DNA of 64,000 bases from assembly GCA_035221665.1 (NCBI GenBank), contig CM069167.1, positions 12,214,001-12,278,000 of the forward strand, in the 5' to 3' direction. Within the stretch, counting starts at the first letter, position 1. Each line of letters opens with the position of its first letter. This document shows positions 38,262 through 52,820 of this stretch, one piece after another. The notes under the pieces were generated by a model. It worked only from the letters and a program-made list of their open reading frames with translations, did not search any database and had not been told where the DNA came from. This DNA is from Okamejei kenojei (lineage: Eukaryota). A program made the position numbers and the translations under genes.

Positions 38262-38508
38262 TGTCACCTTCTCGTAGTAAACAATGATCTATTCTACATT
38301 TTCATCAATCCCCTTTGATGTCTCATTTTCACACATTACTCTTCCTTATCTCGGTGTCTCCCTCTCCCGTCTCTCAGTCTGAAGAAGGGTCTTAACCCGA
38401 ACAGTCACCCATTCCTTCTCTTCAGAGATACTGCCTGTTCCGCTGAGTTACCCCAGCACTTTGTGTCTATCTTTGGTGTAAATCAGCATCTGTAGTTCCT
38501 TCCTACAC
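38262..38508 (+). mobile_element. Penelope-like 3' terminal fragment, single orientation
   Basis: ctgaagaagggtc...acccattccttctc...cagcatctg.agttccttcctacac, shared with other copies. Confidence 0.75.
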
Positions 38509-38651
38509 TTTTCTTACCAGGTGGTATAGCAGAGACAATAAACTAAATGGCCTTTTCCTACATTATTCTATATTTTCTAATGCTTTCAGTCAGAGCATGT
38601 GCTATTATATGCCCATTCTTGTACAATAAATTGTTTTGCTGGCAAAATCAA

Positions 38652-38950
38652 CAGGGCAGCACAGTGGCATAGCGGTAGATCTGCTGCCTCATAGCTTGAG
38701 AGACCCAGGTTCGATCCGGACTGCAGACTGAACGGAGTTTGAATGTTTTCCATGTGACTGCGTAGGTATTCTCCAGGTGATCCGGTTTCCTCCTACATTC
38801 CAAAGACACGCTGGTTTGCAGGCTAACTGGCTTCTGAAATTTGTCCCTAGTATGTAAGAAGTGAAAGTAGGATAACATAGGACTAGTGTACGGATGATGA
38901 ATGGTTGGTGTGGACTTGGTGGGCCGAAGATCCTGTTTTCACGCTGTGTC
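38652..38950 (+). mobile_element. V-SINE-like SINE
   Basis: Head gggcagcacagtggcatagcggtaga, B-box ggttcgatcc, same core. Confidence 0.83.
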
Positions 38951-39351
38951 CAACTTATCTAACTTACAACTTATCAAACTTCTACTACGCATTCTCTCCT
39001 AAAAATCTATCAAAGTGAAGATGTGAAAATTCCATCATGTTATTTTCACCAGGTGAATTTTTGCATGCTACATTTGCGTTTGTGTAGAGTTTCTGCTAAT
39101 CAAAATTCTAGATGAGTTATATTTATGTGGCTCCAGAGCGCAGCTGTTCCAACTGCATTCAATCTATTCAGGCAAATCATAAGGCTACGAACAATGAAAA
39201 TCATGGTACAATAACTTATCTGAATGCGTAATCTGAGCATAGTGAATAAAATTGTTTAAACAGCTTTGAAACAGTCTATTTTTAGCAGTCTTCACCTTCA
39301 CTCTGATCTAGCTTTGAAAAATATACTCACAGAAACAATGTAAATACTCAC

Positions 39352-39470
39352 CTGCTCTTTGGTCTGAGCTTTCTGAACATAATCCCTCCCAACTTTGATG
39401 CGGGGTGTGAGGATTGCCCTGCTGAAGTCAGTCACATGGATTCCCAGAAGATGGCACACTTTCTGGGCAG
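39352..39470 (-). CDS. MYH9: Exon 11 (119 nt) [39 protein letters not shown]
   Basis: tag|CT...CAG|gtgagt. Confidence 0.97.
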
Positions 39471-40029
39471 CTATGAAGGAAACATCCAATTTAACAAGAA
39501 TCAAATAATGCTTATTGGGACTAGACATTAGTTTCAGTTCTAATATGTGGTGCTGTCAAGATCACCTGTGTAATACAGCCCAACTTCATCACATCCAAGA
39601 TCACTACCAGATAGGATTATTCTAAGACATTCCTGAATAACTTAATTTTTCTAATCTCCATAAAATGAAAGTTAACCGATCATTACTGTCCACATTCCAA
39701 CTTGGACTAAGTCCCATTTCACCCATTGGTCTTATTGTTTGCCGATCTATACATGCTCTTGGTTAAACAATTCACCCATTCCATTTTCATCAGGTGCCTG
39801 CCTTCCTACGATTCTGGTCACTTGCACATCACATATGTCACCACTCCAACATGGTTAGATGAACCTTCATGCACGAAGACCGTGTGCTTCAAAATTCTCT
39901 ATCTCATAACTTCCCCTGTTCCCGTTTCAAGACTTAACTTCATTGTCCAAGCTTGTGTTCATCTAATCTGATATCTCTGTGCCTTGGCAATCTATGGTTT
40001 GATTACATTTGTAACATCTTGGCCAGCAA

Positions 40030-40355
40030 GCACAGGGTTGCTCATCTCCCCGCTACCTTCAGGTAGAAGGTACAGGAGTCTGAAGACTGCAACGTCCAGG
40101 TTCAGAAACAGCTTCTTCCCCACAGCCATGAGGCTATTAAACTCAACTGAAACAAATCTCTGAATAGACCATTATCTGTTTATTTGCACTTTATCTGCTT
40201 CTTTATTGAGGTGTGTATATCTATATATAATGGCATATGAACTCACTGATATGATATGTTCTGTATTCGTGACTACTATATTCCGTTGTGCAGATGCAAA
40301 GCAAGAATTTCATTGTCCTACCTGGGACATATGACAATAAACTCTCTTGACTTGA
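40030..40355 (+). mobile_element. Rex/Babar-like LINE 3' end
   Basis: tcagg.agaaggtacaggag...aagaatttcattgtccta.ctggga...tgacaataaa...cttgacttga. Confidence 0.7.
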
Positions 40356-40991
40356 CGGAACTAGTCAGGGCAAGGACAGTTTAGGTTAAGATGAAGCCTA
40401 TGCATAGCAGTTGAGGCAAAGACAAAATCAAGAATTTATGGCACAATGAGGAGCTACTTGGTCCCTCGCATCTATGGTGGATTTACTCTAGGATCTAAAC
40501 TTTGTGTATATAGATATCCCCTCCTATATGCCAAAGAAAACAAACTTGTTTTACCAGTTTTTCTCGAAAAAAGTAGTCTACCAAGATTAAATCTTTGCAC
40601 CTATTTTTTACCATCAAAATTTAAAAAGGTGAAAAGTAGAGAGCTAACATAGCTACCAAACACTGCCAAGATTATATATTGAAATATTATTAAACAGTAA
40701 CTATGAAAATGTATTTGGGTTATAGGTTTGGCTTCTGGCCAATTTAAAATGCAAATTCTTTAAGTGGTAGAGACTATACAGCTTACACGAGTACAAATTT
40801 CAAGCTAGCAAATACTTTCAAACCAGCACAGGAACCGGCCCTTTGGCCCAAATCATCCAAGCTGCCCATTGGGTTTTCTTGCGCTCATCCCATTCACCTG
40901 CATTTGTCCCATATCCATCATAATTTTTTCTATATATGTATCTGTCCAAATCTCTTTTCAACATTTTCAACTACATTGCTGATCTACTCAC

Positions 40992-41087
40992 CTGTGTTCT
41001 CAGGCATGGTAGCTTGATCAGTATTGCGTTCCTTTTTGAAAATTATGTTCCCAAATTGAAGTACAGCAGAAACTACCTTTAGCATAG
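40992..41087 (-). CDS. MYH9: Exon 10 (96 nt) [31 protein letters not shown]
   Basis: cag|CT...ACAG|gtgagt. Confidence 0.96.
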
Positions 41088-41522
41088 CTGAGAAAGAAAT
41101 TAAAAAGGAGAATCATTAAACAGCCGTGACATTTATTAATTTAGGGAATGAGATATCATCTAGTGATCACTGGATTAGAGAAATATATGGCCTCACATTA
41201 AGTTCTCATGACAGTCAGGCCATTCTGCAATTAGTAGGTCACACAGTATATTTTGCTGTCTGACGAGCAAACTGACAGTCATGAGTTAAGTCATCAGAGC
41301 AATTAAATGTTGATTTTTACCAGAGATGCGCATATTGGCCAGAATTCGTTCCAAAAACTTTTCTTTTCCACTAACCACAAACCCAATGGAAAGAATGTCT
41401 TTGGTTACTCAATATAAGGCGTGCATTAAAATGTCATCATTATGAATCAAGCAATACACTTTATAGTACATCATTTAATGCACTTTATGTTACATCATTT
41501 CTTCCTACTTAATAATGCATAC

Positions 41523-41666
41523 CTATCAGTTCATCACCAGATATTCCCATAATTTTGAATGCCTCCATCGTCTCCTGGAACAATTCTCTATCTTGCTGTC
41601 CAGGAATGGTAATGTGACCATTAGATACAAATTTGTAGTTATTGTAACCCTCCAATAACAGATCAG
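41523..41666 (-). CDS. MYH9: Exon 9 (144 nt) [25 protein letters not shown]...
   Basis: AG/GT boundaries, in frame with neighbours. Confidence 0.96.
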
Positions 41667-42250
41667 CTGCAACCAAAAAGATGTCACACGTTAGTCTTAA
41701 AAATGAAAATGTTAATTATACAGCACATTTGTAATCAAGATTACTCATGATGCTTCAGTCAGTATAGATGAAGATTCTCTGTCTGACATTTCAGACAGAG
41801 CATGAGAATTGCTTCACTCAGAGGGTGGTGAACCTGCATAATTCAAGAGGCCAAGTCACATATATTAGAGGTAGAAATTTTCTACACACAGACGTCAAGG
41901 CAAATGGGTGGAAGTTGGAATATGATGTTGTCATGGAGGATCAGCCTAGATCTTATTATTTGGTGGAACAGGCACAAAGGACCTAATAGTCCAATCCACC
42001 CTCTATTTTCTATGTTTAAATGAAGTATAATCACCGTTGTAATGCTGTGAAATCAACCTACTATATGGTTAGGTTGAGATATCAATGCAAACCAGTCAAA
42101 TTCATAACTAACACCATGTCAAGGAGGAAGCAGTTCATCCAGCTTAAAGTGTTCCCAACACTCATTAGGTCCTTAAAAACAGACCAAATAAATTACTATG
42201 CCAGCATAAATATTTACCAAAGAATAGTAATCAGCAAAGCAAATTAAGTA

Positions 42251-42606
42251 CTGGCCCACCACCAATTTACCGGCACCCTTTCTGAATAATCTATATTTCT
42301 GAGAGGCGTCAAACAGAACCCAAACTGTCCGCCTAGGTGCCGAGATACTGGCCCGCAAAGACAGAACAGATCTGCCAGCTCCAGCCTGGCCAGTGTTCTA
42401 GAGCCACAACCGCAAGGAGCACTTTCAATTCGCCATTCGGCTGCGGAGGTCCCGATGGGGTTGAGATTAGTCGCCTCACCTGGCCTGGGCGCCACATTTT
42501 CAGCGGGGTGGGGGTTCCAGGAGGATTTCAAGTGTGCTCTCGTCATTTTGTCCAGATTAAAGGAGGTGCCAGATCACCAATTACTTAAAAATTGGTGGTG
42601 GACCTG
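42251..42606. mobile_element. MITE-like element
   Basis: Imperfect 18-bp TIRs ctggcccaccaccaattt / aaattggtggtggacctg; GC-rich interior; TSD unclear. Confidence 0.55.
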
Positions 42607-43064
42607 CACTACACTATACCATTAATAGCAATAATTAATTATTGACATACTTCATACCAGTTAATTATTGACATACTTCAGAAACAGTCACACTTAAAAT
42701 ATATGTTGCTCTGGTGGAATTACACACCAAAAATCTAATAATTACTTTGAAAAGGAAACAATTGAGAAAAGATCATGGCATACGCCTGAAGCAACAAGTT
42801 ACATATGAAAAGATCTGGAACACTACTTCAAATCTATTACCCTCAGTAGACTACGGATGTAAATTTTAATTAGTACAAAAAATTAAAATTGGATACCAGG
42901 TACCTTTTGGCACAATTATCAATATCTGTAATCAACCTGTGCTCAAGGTACTGGAGGCAAAAAAGGCATGAAGTTATGCAGGACATAGCTCATGCCATGA
43001 TGCAATCTCTACTTGTTCGCTTGAGGATTACGTTGTACAACTTTCTCATCAGTAAAACTGTTTA

Positions 43065-45382
<2,318 letters not shown>

Positions 45383-45446
45383 AAGTTTCAATATTGGCTC
45401 CAACAATGTAGCCATTTACATCAAAGTTGATTCGAATAAATTTACC
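45383..45446 (-). CDS. MYH9: Exon 7 (64 nt) [21 protein letters not shown]
   Basis: cag|GGT...ACTT|gtatcctt (U12-type donor). Confidence 0.97.
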
Positions 45447-45672
45447 CTGTAAATTGAAGAGTACATGTTAAATACTTGGAAGTAAACATTGCAGAAGAAT
45501 ACAGACCTTACGATTTAAATGTTGTTTGTTTTGGCTACTTTTTCCATTAGATTTTGTTTAATAAACATTTTTGTAGCAAAAGATACTTTAGGAAATAAAG
45601 CCACAGATCAAAGAAACTAACACATAAGTGTCTTAGAAACTTTTCAGTCAATGCCGGTGCTGTTGTTTACTA

Positions 45673-46017
<345 letters not shown>

Positions 46018-48924
46018 CTAAGAACATTTTGAATTTTGGTCATTAATAATCAGACTAAGTTAAGTTTCAAAACTAGGCAGAAGTGGTGCTGTGGCAGTAT
46101 GGTTGGAACTTGTTTTTGCAGCGGGCGAGGAGACGAAGGGTTAGAGGGGCTGACATGAGAGATGCAATTCCAAATATGCACTGAACAACTTCCTGAATAG
46201 AAGTCATAAAAGGATTCCCTCTCTAAGGGAATCACTTTTTGAAAATCTCCATGAAATTTGATGTTGAGGCAGGAAAGTGCTACCCAGAAGCACTAGACAG
46301 GCATATATACCTAGATTTATACCTAGTATACCTTGGCCATTAGTAACATTAGCAAGATCCAACGGCCTCTGCAATTTGTTGAAAGAGTGGCAAGATTTTC
46401 ATCTCACCACTATCCCTTCAGCAAGTCATGCACAAATATGGCATACATGTTTTTGTTGCTCTATACCCTTTTAACACACTTCAATTCACATACTAAGCCA
46501 GAGCTTCTTTAAGCACACAATTTAATAGCTGTTCATGCTCAAAAGGAGTTTACATTTAAAAAGTACTTTAAAACAAGTACTTACTTAAAAACATGATTGA
46601 TAATTACATTAATTTGGAGAGTTTTTCAACTCATGTCCACACATATTTCATTTGAGTCAAGAATGCTGATCTTAAATAGCCTGGAAAGTACACTTCCGAA
46701 CATCCAGGTTTGTGGCTGATGACACCAACTACACAGATGGTCTTACATGCACAAACTGCAAAACTTGGAAAAACAACTCTAGTGAAGATTTATCACCTGC
46801 CCACAGATAATGAAGGTTGTTTTACAAACATTCACTTGTCTTTGATCCAAGGAGAGAAATAATTTCAGAGTCTTTGCAAAAATCACAACACGGCTCAAGA
46901 TTCAGATATTTGGCTTCACTTGATGTCTATAAAATGTCCGTTGAAGGAATTGGGATCAATTTCCATACAAGTATTCGTAGAAGAATGGATGTGAAAAAGA
47001 ATGCAGTATACAGGATGCGAAAAAGTATCACAGGAAGAAACAAATTCAACTCCCTAATTTGAGGCATGCCACACTTAATTTTAAAATGTAATGGACAACA
47101 TACTGAGACACCAATTATTAATTCCACCATTTATAACATTGTTAGAATATGTCAGTAGCTTTCTTTAGCATTAGTGCTACATTAGGCAGGTAAGAAGCAA
47201 GACATGGAAACTGTTCAATCTAGTAGAGCTGTAAAGCAATCCAATAAAATCATTTTAATCTATTTTAGAATTAACCAAATTTGGACAATGGAAATTTTGA
47301 CTTTTTGTAATAATAATGCCTTATTGTCAATTTGAAGTTGTGTTGCATTTACTTCATGGATTTTGAAATGAAGTAATTTATTCCACAAACAGATTTATTC
47401 CATCCATTTTGGTGCGTTATCAATTGATGGTTAGTACACTATTGCAGCTCTACAATGCAATGGTGAGACTTTAATTTTACACAGAATTACGTACACAATT
47501 ATTACAGCACAATTAACAACGTCACAAAGTTGCATTCTGAACAGTCATTTCACATCTGTGCCTCAAGATTAGTGTTCACTATATGGACTCATCCTGGTAA
47601 ATGGCAATCAAGATTATATATTCTGGACAATTTACTTTTAAAAAGTAAAGCTAAAATCCTATTATAGGAATTAAAACTATTTCCTGTGACATGTTAGAGG
47701 GGGGTGGAATCCAGTGATGCACATAACAGAATCTTAAAAATGCAGGCGTAGGTTTTTTTCTACATATTGTTGTCGATTAAATGGAATACTGACTAGAGGC
47801 TAACTGCAAATAAAAAGTTTAATTAAGGGAAATGAAAGGTAACTAGTCAAAATCAAAATTAATTTGACATTCAGTTTGAGTTTTATAACAGTTGGACTGA
47901 ATTCATAGATTTTTAACTGCCCATTTAATAAGAAACTTGTGATGTGAAGAATTTGCACCTGATGGGACATTTTTACTTTAAAAAATGTGAAACATCTCTT
48001 TCCTGGTCAGAGGAACAAACTTGACAGCAGTTGCAAAGACTAAGACAATATACTGGAGGGGAAGCAACTTTTGACAAAAATATTCCCCAATAAACTTATT
48101 TTTAACAGATAATAAAACCACACAAATAAAAATAGTTAAAGTCGCATTAGATGGGGGATAAAAGTTATTTCCTACATGAACACTTTGATTTTCTCTCTTT
48201 TTCACTATATTTTTTATTTTGAGGTTTGTAAAAGTAAGGTTTGGAAACACCTTCAATATTAACATTTAATTTTGTACCACAGAGCTCCCAATCACTTCCC
48301 GGAATGAATGACACAAGGTTCCTTCAGGATGGGAAACATCCCAATTGAGTTATTAAACATTGTTCTATGCAAACACCTCCAATTGTAACAGACCCTTTAA
48401 GAAACACTTACACCACCTTTACACCCAAAGCATGCAACATAAATAATATACAGATCTGAGCTGTAATTTGCTTCCAAATCCATCCAAAGTAGAGAACAGT
48501 CCAGAGAAATGACCAGAATTTCTGAAATTTGAAGTGCTTATCATTGTGGTGACTGCCAGGACAATCATGTTCCTGATATTAAGTAGGATGAATATTTGAA
48601 ATTAGAGTATGCAAATCAAAAATATTATTTTCTGGTCTGGATGCGATCAAATTATTGCATATCAATTCAAGCCAAACAACCGCATTTGCTTAGTTCAATT
48701 TCTTTAGTGGAAAGTACTATTAAGCAAACACTAAACTACATCTGCATCATATCTTCAAGTCCAGGAGTTTGTTAATCAGGGGGAAGTTGCAAATCATGAG
48801 TTTTTATTGCCCAAAAGGCAATTTCCTAAACCAATTGAGCAACTTCCCCAAACAGCCAACAGATCTGTATATAAATGCATAAAAAGTGCAGAATATGCAA
48901 ATCAAATTATAATAACCCACTCAC

Positions 48925-48945
48925 GTATGCTAACACCGTAGACTG
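48925..48945 (-). CDS. MYH9: Candidate loop-1 microexon (21 nt) QSTVLAY
   Basis: tttgcag|CAGTCTACGGTGTTAGCATAC|gtgagt; phase 0-0, no stop, at the loop-1 insert position. Confidence 0.8.
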
Positions 48946-49227
48946 CTGCAAATGTTGAAGGGGGAAAGTGTTATCAACTGCATGCAAAAATATGCAAGAA
49001 ACTTTCAAGAATTTACTTTGTTAAAGGGATTTAACAGGCAGTTATGAAATGTTAAACTATAATTTGATCAGTCATAATTTCAATGATAAAATTTTACAGG
49101 AACAGATTGATCACAATGTTTGGTATTGTATATTTTGAAATCAATTACATATAGATGAATAAAACTATTACAATGACGAGATTAAAAATGACTAAACATT
49201 CACCTATATATGTTAAAGGACACTTAC

Positions 49228-49321
49228 TTGTTCCTTTTTAGACTTGTGTGAAGAGGCAACGTGGGCCAAATACTGAATCACTTTCTTGGTATTCTCTGTC
49301 TTACCGGCACCAGATTCTCCT
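49228..49321 (-). CDS. MYH9: Exon 5 (94 nt) [31 protein letters not shown] (P-loop)
   Basis: cag|...CAA|gtaagt. Confidence 0.97.
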
Positions 49322-50479
49322 CTGTAAATCAAACCATTTACATTTTAACAATTCCAGGATTCAAGAACAGGTTAAAAGCCGTGGAACAGAATTAAATGAC
49401 TTTTAGCAACAACATAGACAATTACCTTCAATTAAAATCATTTTTGAGAACTACCTTTTACCTTTGAGAAATGTACAAATGTTGTACAAAGAATAATTAA
49501 TTGATCTTAAAACAGTTAGAGCATTCAGATTACCTCAACCCCATCTTCATAACCACGTACACTTGAAAATAAATAGATGGTGTACCATGCATTGATAATG
49601 TCTGGTCAAGAACCAACGGGCAGCTAAGTGGCGCTGTGGAATGTGCAGTTATCTCAGCTCCAGAAACAGAGGATCAATTCCGATATTGGGTTCTGCGTGG
49701 AGTTTGCTGATTCACCTTGTAATTGCACAAGTTAGCTCCCTTACTGAAATTTTCCATCTCATCCTAAAGACCGCATGTTAGTTGGCTACCTAAAATTACC
49801 CCTTAAGAGGATGATAGAAGAATCAGGGTGGGGTGGATGTGTTTGCAATAACAGAATAAGTTACTGAGAAATAAGTGGGGGAAGGGAAACGCTCTTTAAC
49901 AAACAGCTTAGAAAGTAGCTATTCCGACCATTGTCTATGTCTAATTACAACCATATCACAAGTAGATGGGAAACAAATTAGCATATTATTAGAAAAATAG
50001 AACACCTGATTATGTCCAAGCTCTCCTTTACTCACAAAATGGACTTGTCATGAAAGAATCATTGTTGAGGTGTTGGCATCAGATGTGATCCGTCTGAAAA
50101 CAATAGCTCCCATAAAGGTAGAAGATCCAAATCAAACAAGACAAACATTACACTACTTGTGGAAGCGGATGGAACTAACTTGTGGCAATTCTTGTTCTAG
50201 GAGTGTCAGTCGGAAGGGTGACTACTATTTCCAACAGCTCTAACTTTCCTGTTAAAAGAACATATTCAACACATTCTCTACAAGAACATTTTATCTTGTA
50301 GCAATTTCTTTGGTTATTTCTTAGGTTGCAAAGATAACCAGGTGTGATAGTATGACATAAAATATCTATAATACATACATGGGCCACGTTTTAAAACTTT
50401 TAAAACTTACCTGCTGTTTAAGAAAACACAAAGGTAATGGAATAACTTTGAAATAGCTTTCAGATAATGATTTATTGGA

Positions 50480-50770
50480 GATAGAAACATAGAAAATTGG
50501 TGCAGGAGGCCATTTGGTCCTTCGAGCCAGCACCGCCATTCATTGTGATCATGGCTGATCGTTCCCAATCAATAACCCTTGTTTCTGCCTGCCTTCTCCC
50601 CATAACCCTTGATTCCACTAGCCCTTAGAGCTCCATCTAACTATCTCTTAAATCCATCCAATGATTTGGCCTCCACTGCCCTTTGTGGCACGGAATTTCA
50701 CAAATTCACAACGCTCTGGGTGAAAAAGTATTTTCTCACCTCAGTCTTAAATGGCTTCCCCTTTATTCTA
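50480..50770 (-). mobile_element. CR1-type LINE 3' end
   Basis: atagaaacatagaaa tail; shared 3'UTR. Confidence 0.7.
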
Positions 50771-50917
50771 ATGTACACTGTACACATTGTACATGTATAT
50801 CGCTGTTTTTTTGCAATGAGGCAAAAGAAGCTCAATGTCCTACAATGTGAAAATTAAACAAAAAAGCTAATTAAACCACTATATATATTTTTTAAAAATC
50901 AGTAAAATGACACTCAC

Positions 50918-50945
50918 GTGCATAGGATTGACTGGTCCTCACGAT
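50918..50945 (-). CDS. MYH9: Exon 4 (28 nt) DREDQSILCT
   Basis: cag|ATCGTGAG...TGCAC|gtgagt. Confidence 0.95.
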
Positions 50946-51159
50946 CTGAAATGAAACAAATCAAATATTAATTATTGATGCATCAGCTTCCATTCTTTAC
51001 CTGGTGCTCTTAATGAGTCCCAACATTGTTGATATTATTAAATACACCCTGCAATCTTAAAAATAATTCTCCAAAGTTGGTGCAATTAGCTGCGAACACT
51101 CATCTCAAATATGTTGCAAATGAAGTTCAAAAATAATTTGGTTTTTTATATTTAAAGAA

Positions 51160-51834
51160 ATATAATGCTGATAAGAGTGCTGTTATGATCTGTAGAACCA
51201 AAGAGGATGAATGTCTAAAATTTACTGATTTTAAATTGTCTGATAATAACCTTAGCGTCTGTAATAAGGCAAAATATCTTGGACTTTTTATTACAGAACA
51301 AATGACAGATGAGGATATTTATAGGCACCGCCGTATGATGTATGTACAAGCAAACATTCTCTTACACAAGTTTAGTGCGTGTACAGATGGAGCAAAGCTG
51401 TCTCTGTTCGGAGACTATTGTACACCATTCTATACTGCACACCTGTGGTCAAACTATAGAAAAGCAAGCTTACAGAGACTTAAAGTAGCTTATAATGATG
51501 CTATGAGAATATTAATTAAGAGACCTAGATGGTGTAGTGCAAGTGAAATGTTTGTGGCTCCCAGATTAAGAAATCTTATGTATAAATTTATTTGCCGGAT
51601 TAATGTCTCTGAAAATAAAATCATCTTGGCTTTATCAAACATAAGGTTTAGCATTACATGCTACCAATCCCATCTGTGGTATAGTTGCCTTTTTGTAGGA
51701 CACTGATTTTTTTTAAATTCTTGATCTTAAACTATGTATTGTGCTTTTGTATGTAATTTATTGTGATTCTGTATGCAACTTATTCTATGTAATGGCTTAT
51801 CTTTTATCTGGACCTTGAGTCTGTAATAAAAAAA
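51160..51834 (+). mobile_element. Non-LTR retrotransposon 3' end (RTE-X-like C-terminus), 173-aa open ORF
   Basis: KYLG thumb motif and YCTPFY..HLW..Y...LKVAYND.MR pattern; AATAAA/A tail. Confidence 0.6.
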
Positions 51835-51909
51835 GTATTCAACATAATCATTTTGAAATATGCAAATTGAGACAAATAAAATGAAAAGAATCTAAAGTTT
51901 GATTTGCGC

Positions 51910-52820
51910 CAATGGTGACTGCGCAGCCGGACATAGTGCGAACTCCATCATCAAGTTCGCCGAAAGCACCACTGTTGTTGGATGAATCACAGATGGTGAT
52001 GAGTGAGATCGACCTATTGACCAAATGGTGCCAGCATAACAACCTGGCTCTCAACATCAGTAAAACCAAGGAACTGATTGCGGAATTTGGTAGGGGAAGG
52101 ATGAGGACCCACAATCCTGTTTACATCAATGGGAAGATGGTGGAGAGGATCAAAAACGTTCCTGGGCGTGCATATTTCTGAAGATCTTTCCTGGACCCAG
52201 CATAGTGATGCAATTATAAAGAAAGCACATCATCGACTCTACTTCCCGAGAAGATTACGGAGATTCGGCATGTCATAAAGGATTCTCCTGAACTTCTACA
52301 TGTGCACAGTAGGAAGCATACTGACTGGTTGCATCGTGGCCTGGTTCGGCAACTTGAACATCCAGGAACGGAAAAGACTGCAAAAAGTTGTGCCCAGTCC
52401 ATCACCGGCTTTGACCGCCCCACCATCGAAGGGATCTATCGAAGTCGCTGCCTCATAAAGGCAGCCAACATCATCACAGACCCACACCTTCCTGGCCATA
52501 CACTCATTTCACCATTGCCATCAGGAAGAAGCTACAGGAGCCTGAAACTGTAATGTACAGATTCAGGAGCAGCATCTTCCCTACAGCCATCAAGCTATTA
52601 AACACAACAACAAATAAGCTCTGAACTGCAACAGACTTTTGTTATTATTGCACTATATTTGTTATTTATTGAGTATGTATGCATGTGTATACACACATGC
52701 ACACTGAAGTTTTCTTCTTCTACCGTTATGTACCATGTTTACATATTCTGTTGTGCTGCAGCAAGTAAGAATTTCATTGTCCTATCTGGGACACATGACA
52801 ATAAAACACTCTTGACTCTT
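51910..52820 (+). mobile_element. Rex/Babar-like LINE 3' part (RT C-terminus + 3'UTR)
   Basis: WCQHNNLALNISKTKELI and HPGH-like..LPSGRSYRSL peptides; shared tail. Confidence 0.8.

Noticed and set aside
42635-42680. 20-bp direct repeat ttaattattgacatacttca, two copies
   Set aside because: Local tandem duplication with only two units; not an array or CRISPR.
48406-48455. Strong-looking donor GGT|gtaagt in intron 5
   Set aside because: No convincing acceptor or frame-preserving exon on its own.
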